Source of the DNA: a virus
Taxonomy: Duplodnaviria; Caudoviricetes
Direction: 5' to 3' (one strand)
Virus record (IMG/VR): IMGVR_UViG_3300030202_000714
Span: 1 to 60,992 of that record
DNA: 60,992 nt
Below, piece after piece: positions 17,701 to 27,026 of the stretch. The translations under genes and the position numbers were made by a program. The notes below the pieces were generated by a model, which saw only the letters and a list, made by a program, of their open reading frames with translations, was not told where the DNA came from and made no database searches. Positions within the stretch are counted from its first letter, which is position 1; each line of letters starts with the position of its first letter.

Positions 17701-18033
17701 ATGGCATTTGAAAATAGAAGATGGTTGGTACTACCAACTGACAAAATAGACGATATAAACTTTGATCAGGTTTTACAATCAAACAAAGATTCTTTAATTA
17801 AATCTTTAGACGAAAGTGAAACTTTTGTTAAGTATGATGTAACTATATTAGAAGAAGACGTTGTTAATGAATATACAGATGTGGAAACAAACGAAGAAGT
17901 ATCACATACTATAAAAGCTGGAACGTACGGTAGGCCAGATGTGTATAGCACAGATTACAAAGAATATAATCATGAAGATATGTTAGCTTTATTAGCTACA
18001 GATAAATGGACTGATAACACAGAACAAGAATAA
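17701..18033 (+). CDS. Small acidic protein within the tail adhesin cassette
   Basis: 110-aa ORF between LamG genes. Confidence 0.7.
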   Translation: MAFENRRWLVLPTDKIDDINFDQVLQSNKDSLIKSLDESETFVKYDVTILEEDVVNEYTDVETNEEVSHTIKAGTYGRPDVYSTDYKEYNHEDMLALLATDKWTDNTEQE

Positions 18034-18034
18034 A

Positions 18035-18634
18035 ATGGGAGCAATAACTGGACCAAACATAGTAACATTAGGGTTAGTATTATCTTTAGATGCTGGTAGC
18101 ACTAGATCTTATCCAGGTAGTGGAACAGTCTGGAAAGATTTAAGTGGAAATGGTTTTGATTTTACTATGGACAGTAGTGGTATAGCTGCTAATAGCTCTG
18201 AAGGCTCTTTTACATTAACGGGTGGCGGAGCTAGTTATAATGATATTATTACACAATCACAAGACTGTACATTTGTTTTTTGGATGAGAACAAATGATAG
18301 TACAGCGCTTTTTTGGCAAGGCCAAACTACTAGTTATTACTTAGGCGCATATCATGGTGGTAATAAAGAATATCATAATCTTTTTGGTAGCCCACAGTTT
18401 TTTAAAAATACAGTTGACACAGCTAATATATACGATAACATTAGAGATAATCAGTGGCACATGCTTGAGTTTAAAAATGTAAGCATGCTTGGTCACACGC
18501 AACAACATTTTAATCAATATGGTAGTTTTGAGTTTCAAGCTACAAGCGCTGTTGGTGCAATTATGGTATATAACAGAAACCTTACTGCAGCTGAAAGCGC
18601 TCAAAATTATAACGCACTTAAAAATAGATTTTAA
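18035..18634 (+). CDS. LamG-like lectin-domain protein
   Basis: LVLSLDAG..SYPGSGTVWKDLSGNG; VYNRNLTAAE. Confidence 0.75.
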   Translation: MGAITGPNIVTLGLVLSLDAGSTRSYPGSGTVWKDLSGNGFDFTMDSSGIAANSSEGSFTLTGGGASYNDIITQSQDCTFVFWMRTNDSTALFWQGQTTSYYLGAYHGGNKEYHNLFGSPQFFKNTVDTANIYDNIRDNQWHMLEFKNVSMLGHTQQHFNQYGSFEFQATSAVGAIMVYNRNLTAAESAQNYNALKNRF

Positions 18635-18639
18635 TAGAC

Positions 18640-19857
18640 ATGTACACAGGACCTAAATTAATAACGGAATCTTTAGCATTTGGATTTGACACTGGTTATG
18701 GTGTTGCAGATAAGCATACATCTACTATATACTATAAAGGTGAACCAGCTACAAATTTACAATCAGGCACTCAAACGTCTGGTATAATTCAAGGTATGTC
18801 TGGTGTTAGCATAGCCCATGTTGGTGAAGAAGATGGTTATCAAAAGTACTCTATGAACGGTACTTTTAGTGGAGGAAGTTATCCATATATAACATATTTA
18901 AATCAACAAAGTTTTACAGGTGGTGTTAAATATTCCACACAAGCTAAAGTAAAAACAAATGTTCCTGATAAATTTAATTATTTTGGTTCTAATGGTGTTA
19001 GTTATGTAAATCAACCTATGGATCATAGTGGTACGTTAAGTAGTACGCTTCAAGATGATGGTTGTTATTTAGTTAAAAGAGAAGGTTTTGCATATACTTC
19101 TACAACGTCTCAACCTGGTTATTTATGGACAAATCCAATTAATAATACGACCTTTAGTTCATCACAAGATTTTATTTATATAAAAGATTTTCAAATAGAA
19201 CAAAACGATCATTGTACACCTTATACACCAACATCTAGAGGTAATAATAATAGTTTAATTGATTTAACAAAAACTAGAGATATTCAGATAGACAACGCGT
19301 CATTCGACTCAACATGTCAACCTGTGTTAGACGGAACTGGTGATGATATTGATTTGGGTGCTGATGTTGATTTTGCTGGTGATAGAGAAGAGTGGACAGT
19401 AGAAAGTGTTGTTAAATATAACACAGTGGCTGCTGGTTACAATAATACTACATCTCCAGCTAACTTTATCGGCTCTGATAGTATTCAGCATAGTAGCTGG
19501 TATTGGAGTGTGTTGGGTAGTAAACTTGCTATTTGGAATATAAGTCCAGGAGTTTGGAAATATGGCTCAACAACGCTTGCTGCAAATACTTGGTACCATG
19601 TAGTTTTAACTGTTGGGCCTGGTGGAACAAGTTATCAAATGTATTTAAATGGTGTAGCAGAAGGTGGTGATCACGCTAGCTACTCGTTTAACGCTGATTA
19701 CTCAGGTTTAAGAGTTAGATATTTTGGTAGAGGAAACTCAGGTAACAGAAGAAACGTTGATGGAAACATAGCAGTAACAAGAATATACAAAAAAAGATTA
19801 ACAGCAGATGAAGTAAAACAAAACTTTAACGCATATAAAGAAAGATTTAATATATAA
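18640..19857 (+). CDS. LamG/ConA-like lectin-domain protein
   Basis: LDGTGD, WYHVVLT, MYLNG, RIYKKRLTADEV. Confidence 0.75.
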   Translation: MYTGPKLITESLAFGFDTGYGVADKHTSTIYYKGEPATNLQSGTQTSGIIQGMSGVSIAHVGEEDGYQKYSMNGTFSGGSYPYITYLNQQSFTGGVKYSTQAKVKTNVPDKFNYFGSNGVSYVNQPMDHSGTLSSTLQDDGCYLVKREGFAYTSTTSQPGYLWTNPINNTTFSSSQDFIYIKDFQIEQNDHCTPYTPTSRGNNNSLIDLTKTRDIQIDNASFDSTCQPVLDGTGDDIDLGADVDFAGDREEWTVESVVKYNTVAAGYNNTTSPANFIGSDSIQHSSWYWSVLGSKLAIWNISPGVWKYGSTTLAANTWYHVVLTVGPGGTSYQMYLNGVAEGGDHASYSFNADYSGLRVRYFGRGNSGNRRNVDGNIAVTRIYKKRLTADEVKQNFNAYKERFNI

Positions 19858-19878
19858 CCCGGAAAATGAAAGGTAATT

Positions 19879-22800
19879 ATGGCAAATGAATTTAAAGTAA
19901 GAAAAGGTCTCATAGTAGACGGATCAACACAAGTTCCAGCATTAGTTGGAACAGTCGTCGATGTTCAAGGAACAGCAGGACAGCTATTTTCTGTAACAGA
20001 TAGTTTGACAGGAGACTTGTTTTCTGTGTCAGACGTTTCTGGTGTACCTATATTTAATATAAATTCATCTGGTGAAATTAATATTGGTGATGACGATAAG
20101 TTGTACTTTGGTGCGTCTAATGATCTTCAAATATATCATGACGGTAGTAACAGTTATATAGCTGAAGTAGGATCAGGTGGGTTAGTATTTAAATCAAATC
20201 ACTATTATTTTCAAGATACTTCAGGTAATACAGCATTCAACGTAAGTGCACCTGCAGGTGATGCAACTTTTGAAGGTAGTATAACTTCTGGTGGTAATAT
20301 TATTTCTAACGATACTTTTTATTTACAAAATTCTAGTGGTAAAAAATGGCAATATCTTTTTGACGGAGATAATTCTCAATTTAGACACTACAATGGTTCA
20401 TCATGGGGTACACATGTATTAAAGCTTTTGGCTAGTAGTGGTATTAATGTAACAGGTGAATACACTACGTCAGCAGACTATGGTAACTCTGGATTTATAC
20501 AAACATGGAGAAACACTAATACAGGCGGTGGTGCTTACGTAGAACATATTATTGGAAATAGCGCTTCTAGTGAACTTCGTATAGGTCATGCACCTAATTA
20601 TGGCTCTGCTGACTGGAATGCATCATGGGTATATGCTGTTGGTAAACCGTTGTTTTTAAAATCAAGTAATGGTAACGTTGTTATATACGCAGGTGGCGCG
20701 GGTGCATCTGATGAGGTAGCAATATTTGATACTAGTCAAAATACAAGGTTTAAAGGTGATGTTCAAATTGATGGTGGGATAACAAGTGCTTTAAATAATA
20801 GTATATTAATAAGTTACAGTAGTAATGACGGAAATAACAATGACGCTGGATTAAAAATAATGAATGACAGCAACGATTGGGGTGCTTATATTAGAAAAAC
20901 TAGTAGTGGTAATTATGGTTTAAGAATAGATTCAGGCGGAGCAAGTGCTCTTAGTATATACTCAACAACTGGAGGTAGTACAAAAACTTTTGGTGTTGAT
21001 GGTTCTAACGGAAATACAGGTATTGCAGGTATTGTAACAACAGATAAAATATTTGTTGCTAAAGGTCAAAACGTAACACACGGAACAAGTCAAATTAAAA
21101 TAAGTCAAGAAAATTCAACTAAAAGTCAAATTAGATTTTATGGTGCTGATACTTCAACGGCAGGAATTTTAGAATTTACAGGTTCATCTTCTGATGGTTC
21201 TGCTGGTGGTGTAAGATTAACAATCAATGCTGATGGTTCATCAACTTTTTCAGGTGCTGCAACTTATCATAAAATTAAAACATACTATGATGGTGATTAT
21301 ACAAGTGGATTTAAATTTTCAGATTATAATGGTGGTATTTGGTATGATGCTGGTGCAGATGATTTAACTCTTAATGGTGGTCATGCTAATAGTCAAATTC
21401 TTTTTAATTCAGGTGGAGCGCTTGCTTTAACTTTAAATGCTAGCCAATTAGCAACTTTTGAAGGAACTATACTTATTGATGGTGTTTCTAATTATACAGG
21501 ATTAGAAGTAAAAGGAGCGGGTGCATCTAGACCATCAGTACAATTTTCAAATGCAAATCAAGGTGATTTAGGTCAGATTTATGGAACGGAAAGTAATGCT
21601 TTAGTTATTGCAACTGGTACTGGTAGCAACACTGCTGTTACTTTAAATTCAAATCAAACAGTTAATTTTCACAATTCAGTATATTTTAGTGGCTCTAACG
21701 TTGGATTAATTTCATGGGGAAGTATGGGCGGTGGAACTGGTTTTGGTATTAGAGGTGAAAGTGGTAGAGCATTAAGTCTGGGTTCTAATGGGGCATGGGA
21801 TAAACTTATTATTGATACAAGTGGCAATACAACTTTTGCAGGTAGCTTAACCATGAGCGCTAGTGGTAATGTATTTTCAGATAGTATATTTCAGTTTTTA
21901 AATACAGGTAGTGGAGCTCAATATGGTAAATTTAGAGGTATACAATTGTCTACCTCATATAGTGGTACAATACCTAGCCAAGGTATATTATTTGGTACAG
22001 ATACAAATTTATATAGATCAGCAGCTAACACTTTAAAAACAGATGATGATTTTGTAATTAATAGCTCATCAGCATCTGGTAGCACGGTGTTAGATGTACA
22101 AGGTTCTGAAGGTCAATTATTCTCAGTTACAAATAGTTTAAGTGGTGATTTATTTTCAGTATCAGATGTATCAGGTGTACCTATATTTAATGTTAATTCT
22201 AGTGGCGCAATAAGTGTTGACGGTTATATTGAAGGTAACTTAGAAATAAAATCAACCGGATCTGTAGGTTTAACTATCAATGCTGATACAGATAATGCTA
22301 CAGAAAGTGATATTCCGTTTTTATCATTTAAAATGGATGGTGCTATGGAAAGATTACGTATTGGTGTTGATGCTAGTAATAACCCGTACATAAGCACAGA
22401 CAGTGATAGTAATCTACCTTTAAAAATATTAACAGGTACCAATAACGGTAGTTGTGCTACTTTTAATGCTGATAAAACTACAACATTTCATGGTAATATA
22501 CATACAGACGTTGTAAATAACGGTGCTAATTCGCATAATATGATATACAGAACAGGTGGAAAAACACTTGTTGGTGGTGGTTCTTCTGCAAATAAACTTT
22601 ATGTAGATGATACCGGTAATGTTACTGTTGGTGGTAATAGCAACGCTACTACTAACGCATATGGAGGTACCGGGGTTAAATCACTTAACATACAAGCACC
22701 TGATTATCCTTTAATAGCTTTCTACGCTGGATCAACACCAGCTTTAAGAACGACTATGATAAGTTATTCTAATAGCACACTGTTCACTCACAATCATGCT

Positions 22801-23196
22801 ACTGCAAAATATACATTTCAAAATAGCACATCGAATACAGGTGAATTAAGCGGAACAGGAACATTCACAGTTAAAGGCGATGTTATAGCTTATGGATCTC
22901 CATCAGATATATCGTTAAAAGAAAATATAAAACCAATTGAATCAGCTTTAGATAAGGTAAATAAACTAAAAGGTGTAACATTTGATTGGAAAGAGTCTGA
23001 TAGTATATTAGATATAAAAGAAGATATAGGATTTATTGCTCAAGATGTACAAGAGGTATTACCAGAGCTTGTAAGAGAAAATGATAATGGTAAATTATCA
23101 CTTAGAGACAAAGGTATAGTGCCTGTATTAGTTGAAGCTATAAAAGAATTAAAAGAAGAAATTGAACAACTTAAAAAACAAATAAATAATGGCTAA
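19879..23196 (+). CDS. Tail fibre with C-terminal peptidase S74 intramolecular chaperone
   Basis: SDISLKENIKPIESALDKVNKLKGVTFDW...GFIAQDV...LVEAIKEL followed by a coiled coil. Confidence 0.85.
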   Translation: MANEFKVRKGLIVDGSTQVPALVGTVVDVQGTAGQLFSVTDSLTGDLFSVSDVSGVPIFNINSSGEINIGDDDKLYFGASNDLQIYHDGSNSYIAEVGSGGLVFKSNHYYFQDTSGNTAFNVSAPAGDATFEGSITSGGNIISNDTFYLQNSSGKKWQYLFDGDNSQFRHYNGSSWGTHVLKLLASSGINVTGEYTTSADYGNSGFIQTWRNTNTGGGAYVEHIIGNSASSELRIGHAPNYGSADWNASWVYAVGKPLFLKSSNGNVVIYAGGAGASDEVAIFDTSQNTRFKGDVQIDGGITSALNNSILISYSSNDGNNNDAGLKIMNDSNDWGAYIRKTSSGNYGLRIDSGGASALSIYSTTGGSTKTFGVDGSNGNTGIAGIVTTDKIFVAKGQNVTHGTSQIKISQENSTKSQIRFYGADTSTAGILEFTGSSSDGSAGGVRLTINADGSSTFSGAATYHKIKTYYDGDYTSGFKFSDYNGGIWYDAGADDLTLNGGHANSQILFNSGGALALTLNASQLATFEGTILIDGVSNYTGLEVKGAGASRPSVQFSNANQGDLGQIYGTESNALVIATGTGSNTAVTLNSNQTVNFHNSVYFSGSNVGLISWGSMGGGTGFGIRGESGRALSLGSNGAWDKLIIDTSGNTTFAGSLTMSASGNVFSDSIFQFLNTGSGAQYGKFRGIQLSTSYSGTIPSQGILFGTDTNLYRSAANTLKTDDDFVINSSSASGSTVLDVQGSEGQLFSVTNSLSGDLFSVSDVSGVPIFNVNSSGAISVDGYIEGNLEIKSTGSVGLTINADTDNATESDIPFLSFKMDGAMERLRIGVDASNNPYISTDSDSNLPLKILTGTNNGSCATFNADKTTTFHGNIHTDVVNNGANSHNMIYRTGGKTLVGGGSSANKLYVDDTGNVTVGGNSNATTNAYGGTGVKSLNIQAPDYPLIAFYAGSTPALRTTMISYSNSTLFTHNHATAKYTFQNSTSNTGELSGTGTFTVKGDVIAYGSPSDISLKENIKPIESALDKVNKLKGVTFDWKESDSILDIKEDIGFIAQDVQEVLPELVRENDNGKLSLRDKGIVPVLVEAIKELKEEIEQLKKQINNG

Positions 23197-23500
23197 AGTA
23201 TATACAACAACGATAGAAAGTTTAAGAGGTGCGCCTTCTTATGACAGTAAAACAAATGTTATTACAGCTGTTAATTTTCAAATAGTATGTGTAGATGGAG
23301 AATATAGTCATAATTATTATGGAGATATATCTATAGAATATGATGCTGATAATTTTATAGAGTTTAATAACTTAAAAGAATCAGATGTAATAGCTTGGGT
23401 TGAAGCACATCCAGCATATACAAGTGGTAAAAATTGGTTAAGCGATTTTATTGATAACATGAAAGTACCTATGGATGTAGGTCTAGAAAAACCTTGGTAA
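23189..23500 (+). CDS. Probable tail fibre assembly/accessory protein
   Basis: FIEFNNLKESDVIAWV...PW; directly follows the S74 fibre. Confidence 0.55.
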   Translation: MAKVYTTTIESLRGAPSYDSKTNVITAVNFQIVCVDGEYSHNYYGDISIEYDADNFIEFNNLKESDVIAWVEAHPAYTSGKNWLSDFIDNMKVPMDVGLEKPW

Positions 23501-23501
23501 T

Positions 23502-25262
23502 ATGGCAGTTCCTGCAAGTGGTAATCAGTTAAGTTTACTTAAAATAGCAAAAGAAAAAGTGGCTGATGATTATAATTCATCTAGTCCTGTTCAAAGTGCT
23601 ATAAGTTTAAAGCATGTAACTATAGGTGGCAATGATGGTGTTCATATGCACTCAGGTACTAGTTTTGATGTAACTAATGCCATTAGCCCCTCACACCCTG
23701 ACAACGAAGCTAGTTATGGCATGTCTGAGTTTTACAGTTATGACCATGATTTTGCAGCGCCAGGTTGTAATATAGCTTATTACGAAGGTAGCCAAGGAAC
23801 ATTTAATTATCCTATAAATTTAGGTAGTGCACAAGGAACTGTCACAATTGAATATCAATCTTTTGTAATACCAGATAAATTTGTATTTACATGGAATGGT
23901 AATACATACACAAGCGGTAGCACAAGTGGTAATTACGATGGATGGGTTGGTGGTCAAAGCTATTTATCCGCTTTAAGAGCCGCAACAGGTATTAGTGGTT
24001 TAGAAATAACAACTCATACAGGTGGACCTTATCCAGGTTCCTCAAGTAGTAGTCAGAATAGACAACTAGGAGGTAGAGGAGCAATTACATTTAATAAAAA
24101 CGCATCAGCTGGAAGTATGGTAGCTACTGTATCAGCGCCGTTAAGTAATACAGCTTGGTGGTTTAGTGTAAGTTGCCCTGGTCAAACAGTAGTCGTTGAC
24201 TCAACAAACGGTATTGGTATTGCACCTAGTATAACGGCGAGTAATGGTCAAGTTAGTTCAACTTCAATACAAATGTATGGTAATGTAACTGATAAAGGTA
24301 AAACAAGTAATTTTAGCACAACTGGAACTATATCAGCCAAAGGTTTTGTAGTTTTACCAGCTTCAAACTCTACTGCTCAATTTTACAAAGACACGTCAGG
24401 TGTTACTGTTATCAATGAAGATGATAGTACAATAAATACAACAGGTAGTTTTAATGAAAGTATAACTGGCTTAACAGTAGGTACACCTTCTATAGGTGCT
24501 GTAACAACATCTAGCATTGATGAAGATGAATTCGATGTTAGTTATAACTTATCTAGTGTTGGCGCATCACCAAACGCTTTTAGAGCTTGGGCTACTAATA
24601 CAGCTGGTACTACATATAGTGAAATTAAAAACTTAAGTAATACGGGTGAAGTAGCTGAGCATGGTGTTGTTTTTTGTAATCAAGCTTTTAGTTCTACACC
24701 TACAGCAGCTATATCGCTTGGTGTTTTAGATGATTCAACTGGATGTCAATTCACTCAAGTAGCTGGTACAACAACGACTACCGGTACTAAAACTGATACA
24801 ATACAAGAAGGCAGTGTTAGTTTACTAGCTAATAACACGTATAGAATTAGATCAGTATGTAGACAGGGTAGCACTGCAACTCATGGATCTATATCATCAT
24901 TTACAGTTCCTGCTAGTAATGATTTTAGCTCAACAATAACAACAGGAAGTAGTAGTTTTTACTCAACTACTTTTCATGGTTATATAACATCACCAGTTAC
25001 AGCTGGTAGCATGAGTAATAAGAGTTTTAATGGAGTATTAATAACTGGCATGTATTGGCAAAACAGTTCATCTGGTACAGATTATTTGTATATATATTTT
25101 AATGGAACAAAACCTAGTTGGAGTGCTTTAAGCATAAATGGACAGAGTATGGGAGCATCTAGTGCTTGGACAAGTATTAACAATGTTGCATGGAGAAAGG
25201 TATATACAAGTAACATATTTGGAAGTAATGGAAGTAGTATCTCTGTTACAGCCTCATATTAA
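23502..25262 (+). CDS. Probable distal adhesin/receptor-binding protein
   Basis: N-terminus MAVPASG..LSL...MSEFYSY resembles gp38-type adhesin anchors; FN3-like FRAWATN.AGT.YS. Confidence 0.6.
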   Translation: MAVPASGNQLSLLKIAKEKVADDYNSSSPVQSAISLKHVTIGGNDGVHMHSGTSFDVTNAISPSHPDNEASYGMSEFYSYDHDFAAPGCNIAYYEGSQGTFNYPINLGSAQGTVTIEYQSFVIPDKFVFTWNGNTYTSGSTSGNYDGWVGGQSYLSALRAATGISGLEITTHTGGPYPGSSSSSQNRQLGGRGAITFNKNASAGSMVATVSAPLSNTAWWFSVSCPGQTVVVDSTNGIGIAPSITASNGQVSSTSIQMYGNVTDKGKTSNFSTTGTISAKGFVVLPASNSTAQFYKDTSGVTVINEDDSTINTTGSFNESITGLTVGTPSIGAVTTSSIDEDEFDVSYNLSSVGASPNAFRAWATNTAGTTYSEIKNLSNTGEVAEHGVVFCNQAFSSTPTAAISLGVLDDSTGCQFTQVAGTTTTTGTKTDTIQEGSVSLLANNTYRIRSVCRQGSTATHGSISSFTVPASNDFSSTITTGSSSFYSTTFHGYITSPVTAGSMSNKSFNGVLITGMYWQNSSSGTDYLYIYFNGTKPSWSALSINGQSMGASSAWTSINNVAWRKVYTSNIFGSNGSSISVTASY

Positions 25263-25322
25263 AGTAAAAAACGTGAAAATAGCGTAATAATATAAACATA
25301 GAAATAACTTAAAATTTAAAAA

Positions 25323-25694
25323 ATGGCATTACAAGGAAAATTTGCATGGAAAGGTATTGAACTATCTGATGCGTATATTACTATAAATGAAGCTACATGT
25401 AAATGTGTATATAACTCTAAAATGATTGTAAAAACACCTGAGGTGTTAAATGAAGACGGCAGTGTTAAGACTGAAGCTGTTATGGAAAAAGAAATAACAA
25501 AAGTTCTTCATGGAAACTTTACAGCTTATATATATAAAGACAAAGCTTCTAAAGAAGCTAATCCTGATGAGGTTTTAGATACAATATTTAGTTATTATAC
25601 ACCTAAACATAACACATCAGCTAAAAATGATGTTGCACAAGCTTATGCTGCTTTAAAAGCATTAGAAGCGTATAAAGATCTTGCTGACGCTTAA
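25323..25694 (+). CDS. Hypothetical tail-associated protein
   Basis: MALQGK...AQAYAALK pattern; located in the tail cassette. Confidence 0.6.
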   Translation: MALQGKFAWKGIELSDAYITINEATCKCVYNSKMIVKTPEVLNEDGSVKTEAVMEKEITKVLHGNFTAYIYKDKASKEANPDEVLDTIFSYYTPKHNTSAKNDVAQAYAALKALEAYKDLADA

Positions 25695-25720
25695 TAGCGA
25701 GACAAATTAAATTTAATAAA

Positions 25721-26005
25721 ATGAAAGACGTAAAAGTAGAAGACATCGCTAAAGATGTAAAAAAGATTACTGATGAAGAATTAAAATCAGTACAAGATAA
25801 GGTAAATAAAATAAATCAAGCTCAAATGCAAGTTGGTGGTTTAGAGGTGCAAAAAAATGTAGCTTTAGAAACTTTAAAAGGTTTGCAAATGGATTTACAA
25901 GTAATTCAAAAAGATCTTGAAGAAAAATATGGTAAAGTATCTGTTAACTTAACTGATGGTACTATATCTGAAATACCTGAAGATGAGACTGATAAGAAAG
26001 ATTAG
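25721..26005 (+). CDS. Coiled-coil hypothetical protein
   Basis: Heptad-rich, LEEKYGKVSVNLTDGTI. Confidence 0.7.
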   Translation: MKDVKVEDIAKDVKKITDEELKSVQDKVNKINQAQMQVGGLEVQKNVALETLKGLQMDLQVIQKDLEEKYGKVSVNLTDGTISEIPEDETDKKD

Positions 26006-26201
26006 TATCGGTAAAGATTACAAAAATGAAGCTATGCACTACTCCGTAGATCAAGAGGTTTACGGAGGGCATATCATCGATTGTATAGTTGAGGAAGACG
26101 ACAAATACAGTGTTTATATTAAAAAAGAAAACGAGGTTTTACCTTGGAAAGATTTTAATAAAAACATGGCTATAGCTGTTGAGTACAATTTAGAATATTA
26201 A
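25983..26201 (+). CDS. Hypothetical protein
   Basis: Likely start ATG at 25983 (MRLIRKISIG...). Confidence 0.7.
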   Translation: MRLIRKISIGKDYKNEAMHYSVDQEVYGGHIIDCIVEEDDKYSVYIKKENEVLPWKDFNKNMAIAVEYNLEY

Positions 26202-26797
26202 TGCAAGGTCTTTATTATTTTGTAGTTAAACCAGTAAATTCAAGATATAACAATATTAAGAAAATAGGTGATAAATCACTTATTACAAATACTGAGAATT
26301 TTACACATCAAAATGTAAATAGAAACGCTATAGTTATATCTACACCTAAAGGTTTTGAAACTAATATAAATATAGGTGATGAAATTATCGTTCATCATAA
26401 TGTTTTTAGAAGGTGGAAAGATATAAGAGGCGTAGAGCAAAATAGTAAAGGATATTTTGAAGAAGATAAATATTTTGTTCAACTAGATCAAATATACTTA
26501 TATAAAAATAACAACACTTGGAAATCAGTAGATGAGTATTGTTTTGTTAAACCAATACATGCTATTGATAATTTTAGTATAGAAAAAGAGCAACCATTAA
26601 TTGGTGTTTTAAAATATACCAACAATCACGAATATTTAAATACTTTAAAACCTGGTGATTTAGTAGGATTCGTACCTCGTAGTGAATACGAGTTTATAAT
26701 AAACGATGAGCGTTTATATAGAGTTCAAACAAGTGCAATTACAATTAAATATGAATATCAAGGAAAAGAAAGAGAATATAATCCAAGCTGGTTATAA
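26201..26797 (+). CDS. Protein with two tandem GroES-like domains
   Basis: Both halves show FV.KP...[IL]..GD.[IV]; the second ends EYEFIINDERLYRV..SAI. Confidence 0.55.
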   Translation: MQGLYYFVVKPVNSRYNNIKKIGDKSLITNTENFTHQNVNRNAIVISTPKGFETNINIGDEIIVHHNVFRRWKDIRGVEQNSKGYFEEDKYFVQLDQIYLYKNNNTWKSVDEYCFVKPIHAIDNFSIEKEQPLIGVLKYTNNHEYLNTLKPGDLVGFVPRSEYEFIINDERLYRVQTSAITIKYEYQGKEREYNPSWL

Positions 26798-27026
26798 AGC
26801 TGTAGAGGAGTTAGTTAAAGTTGCTAAAGAGCCTATTGTTGATAGTGATGATGATATATCTGCAGATAGATTAAAAAATGCAGCAGCAACAAAAAAACTA
26901 GCTATATTTGACGCTTTTGAAATATTAACTAGGATACAGACTGAGCAAAGCATGATAGATGGAAAGCCAGTTGAAGAAACTAAAAAACAAACATTTAGTG
27001 GATTTGCTGAAAAAAGATCTAAGTAA
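26751..27026 (+). CDS. Probable terminase small subunit
   Basis: Helical 91-aa ORF (ATG at 26751) immediately upstream of TerL. Confidence 0.5.
   Translation: MNIKEKKENIIQAGYKAVEELVKVAKEPIVDSDDDISADRLKNAAATKKLAIFDAFEILTRIQTEQSMIDGKPVEETKKQTFSGFAEKRSK

Noticed and set aside
9973-25262. Diversity-generating retroelement acting on tail genes
   Set aside because: No reverse transcriptase in the window; the repeated modules are all in-frame coding and I saw no adenine-specific TR/VR pattern
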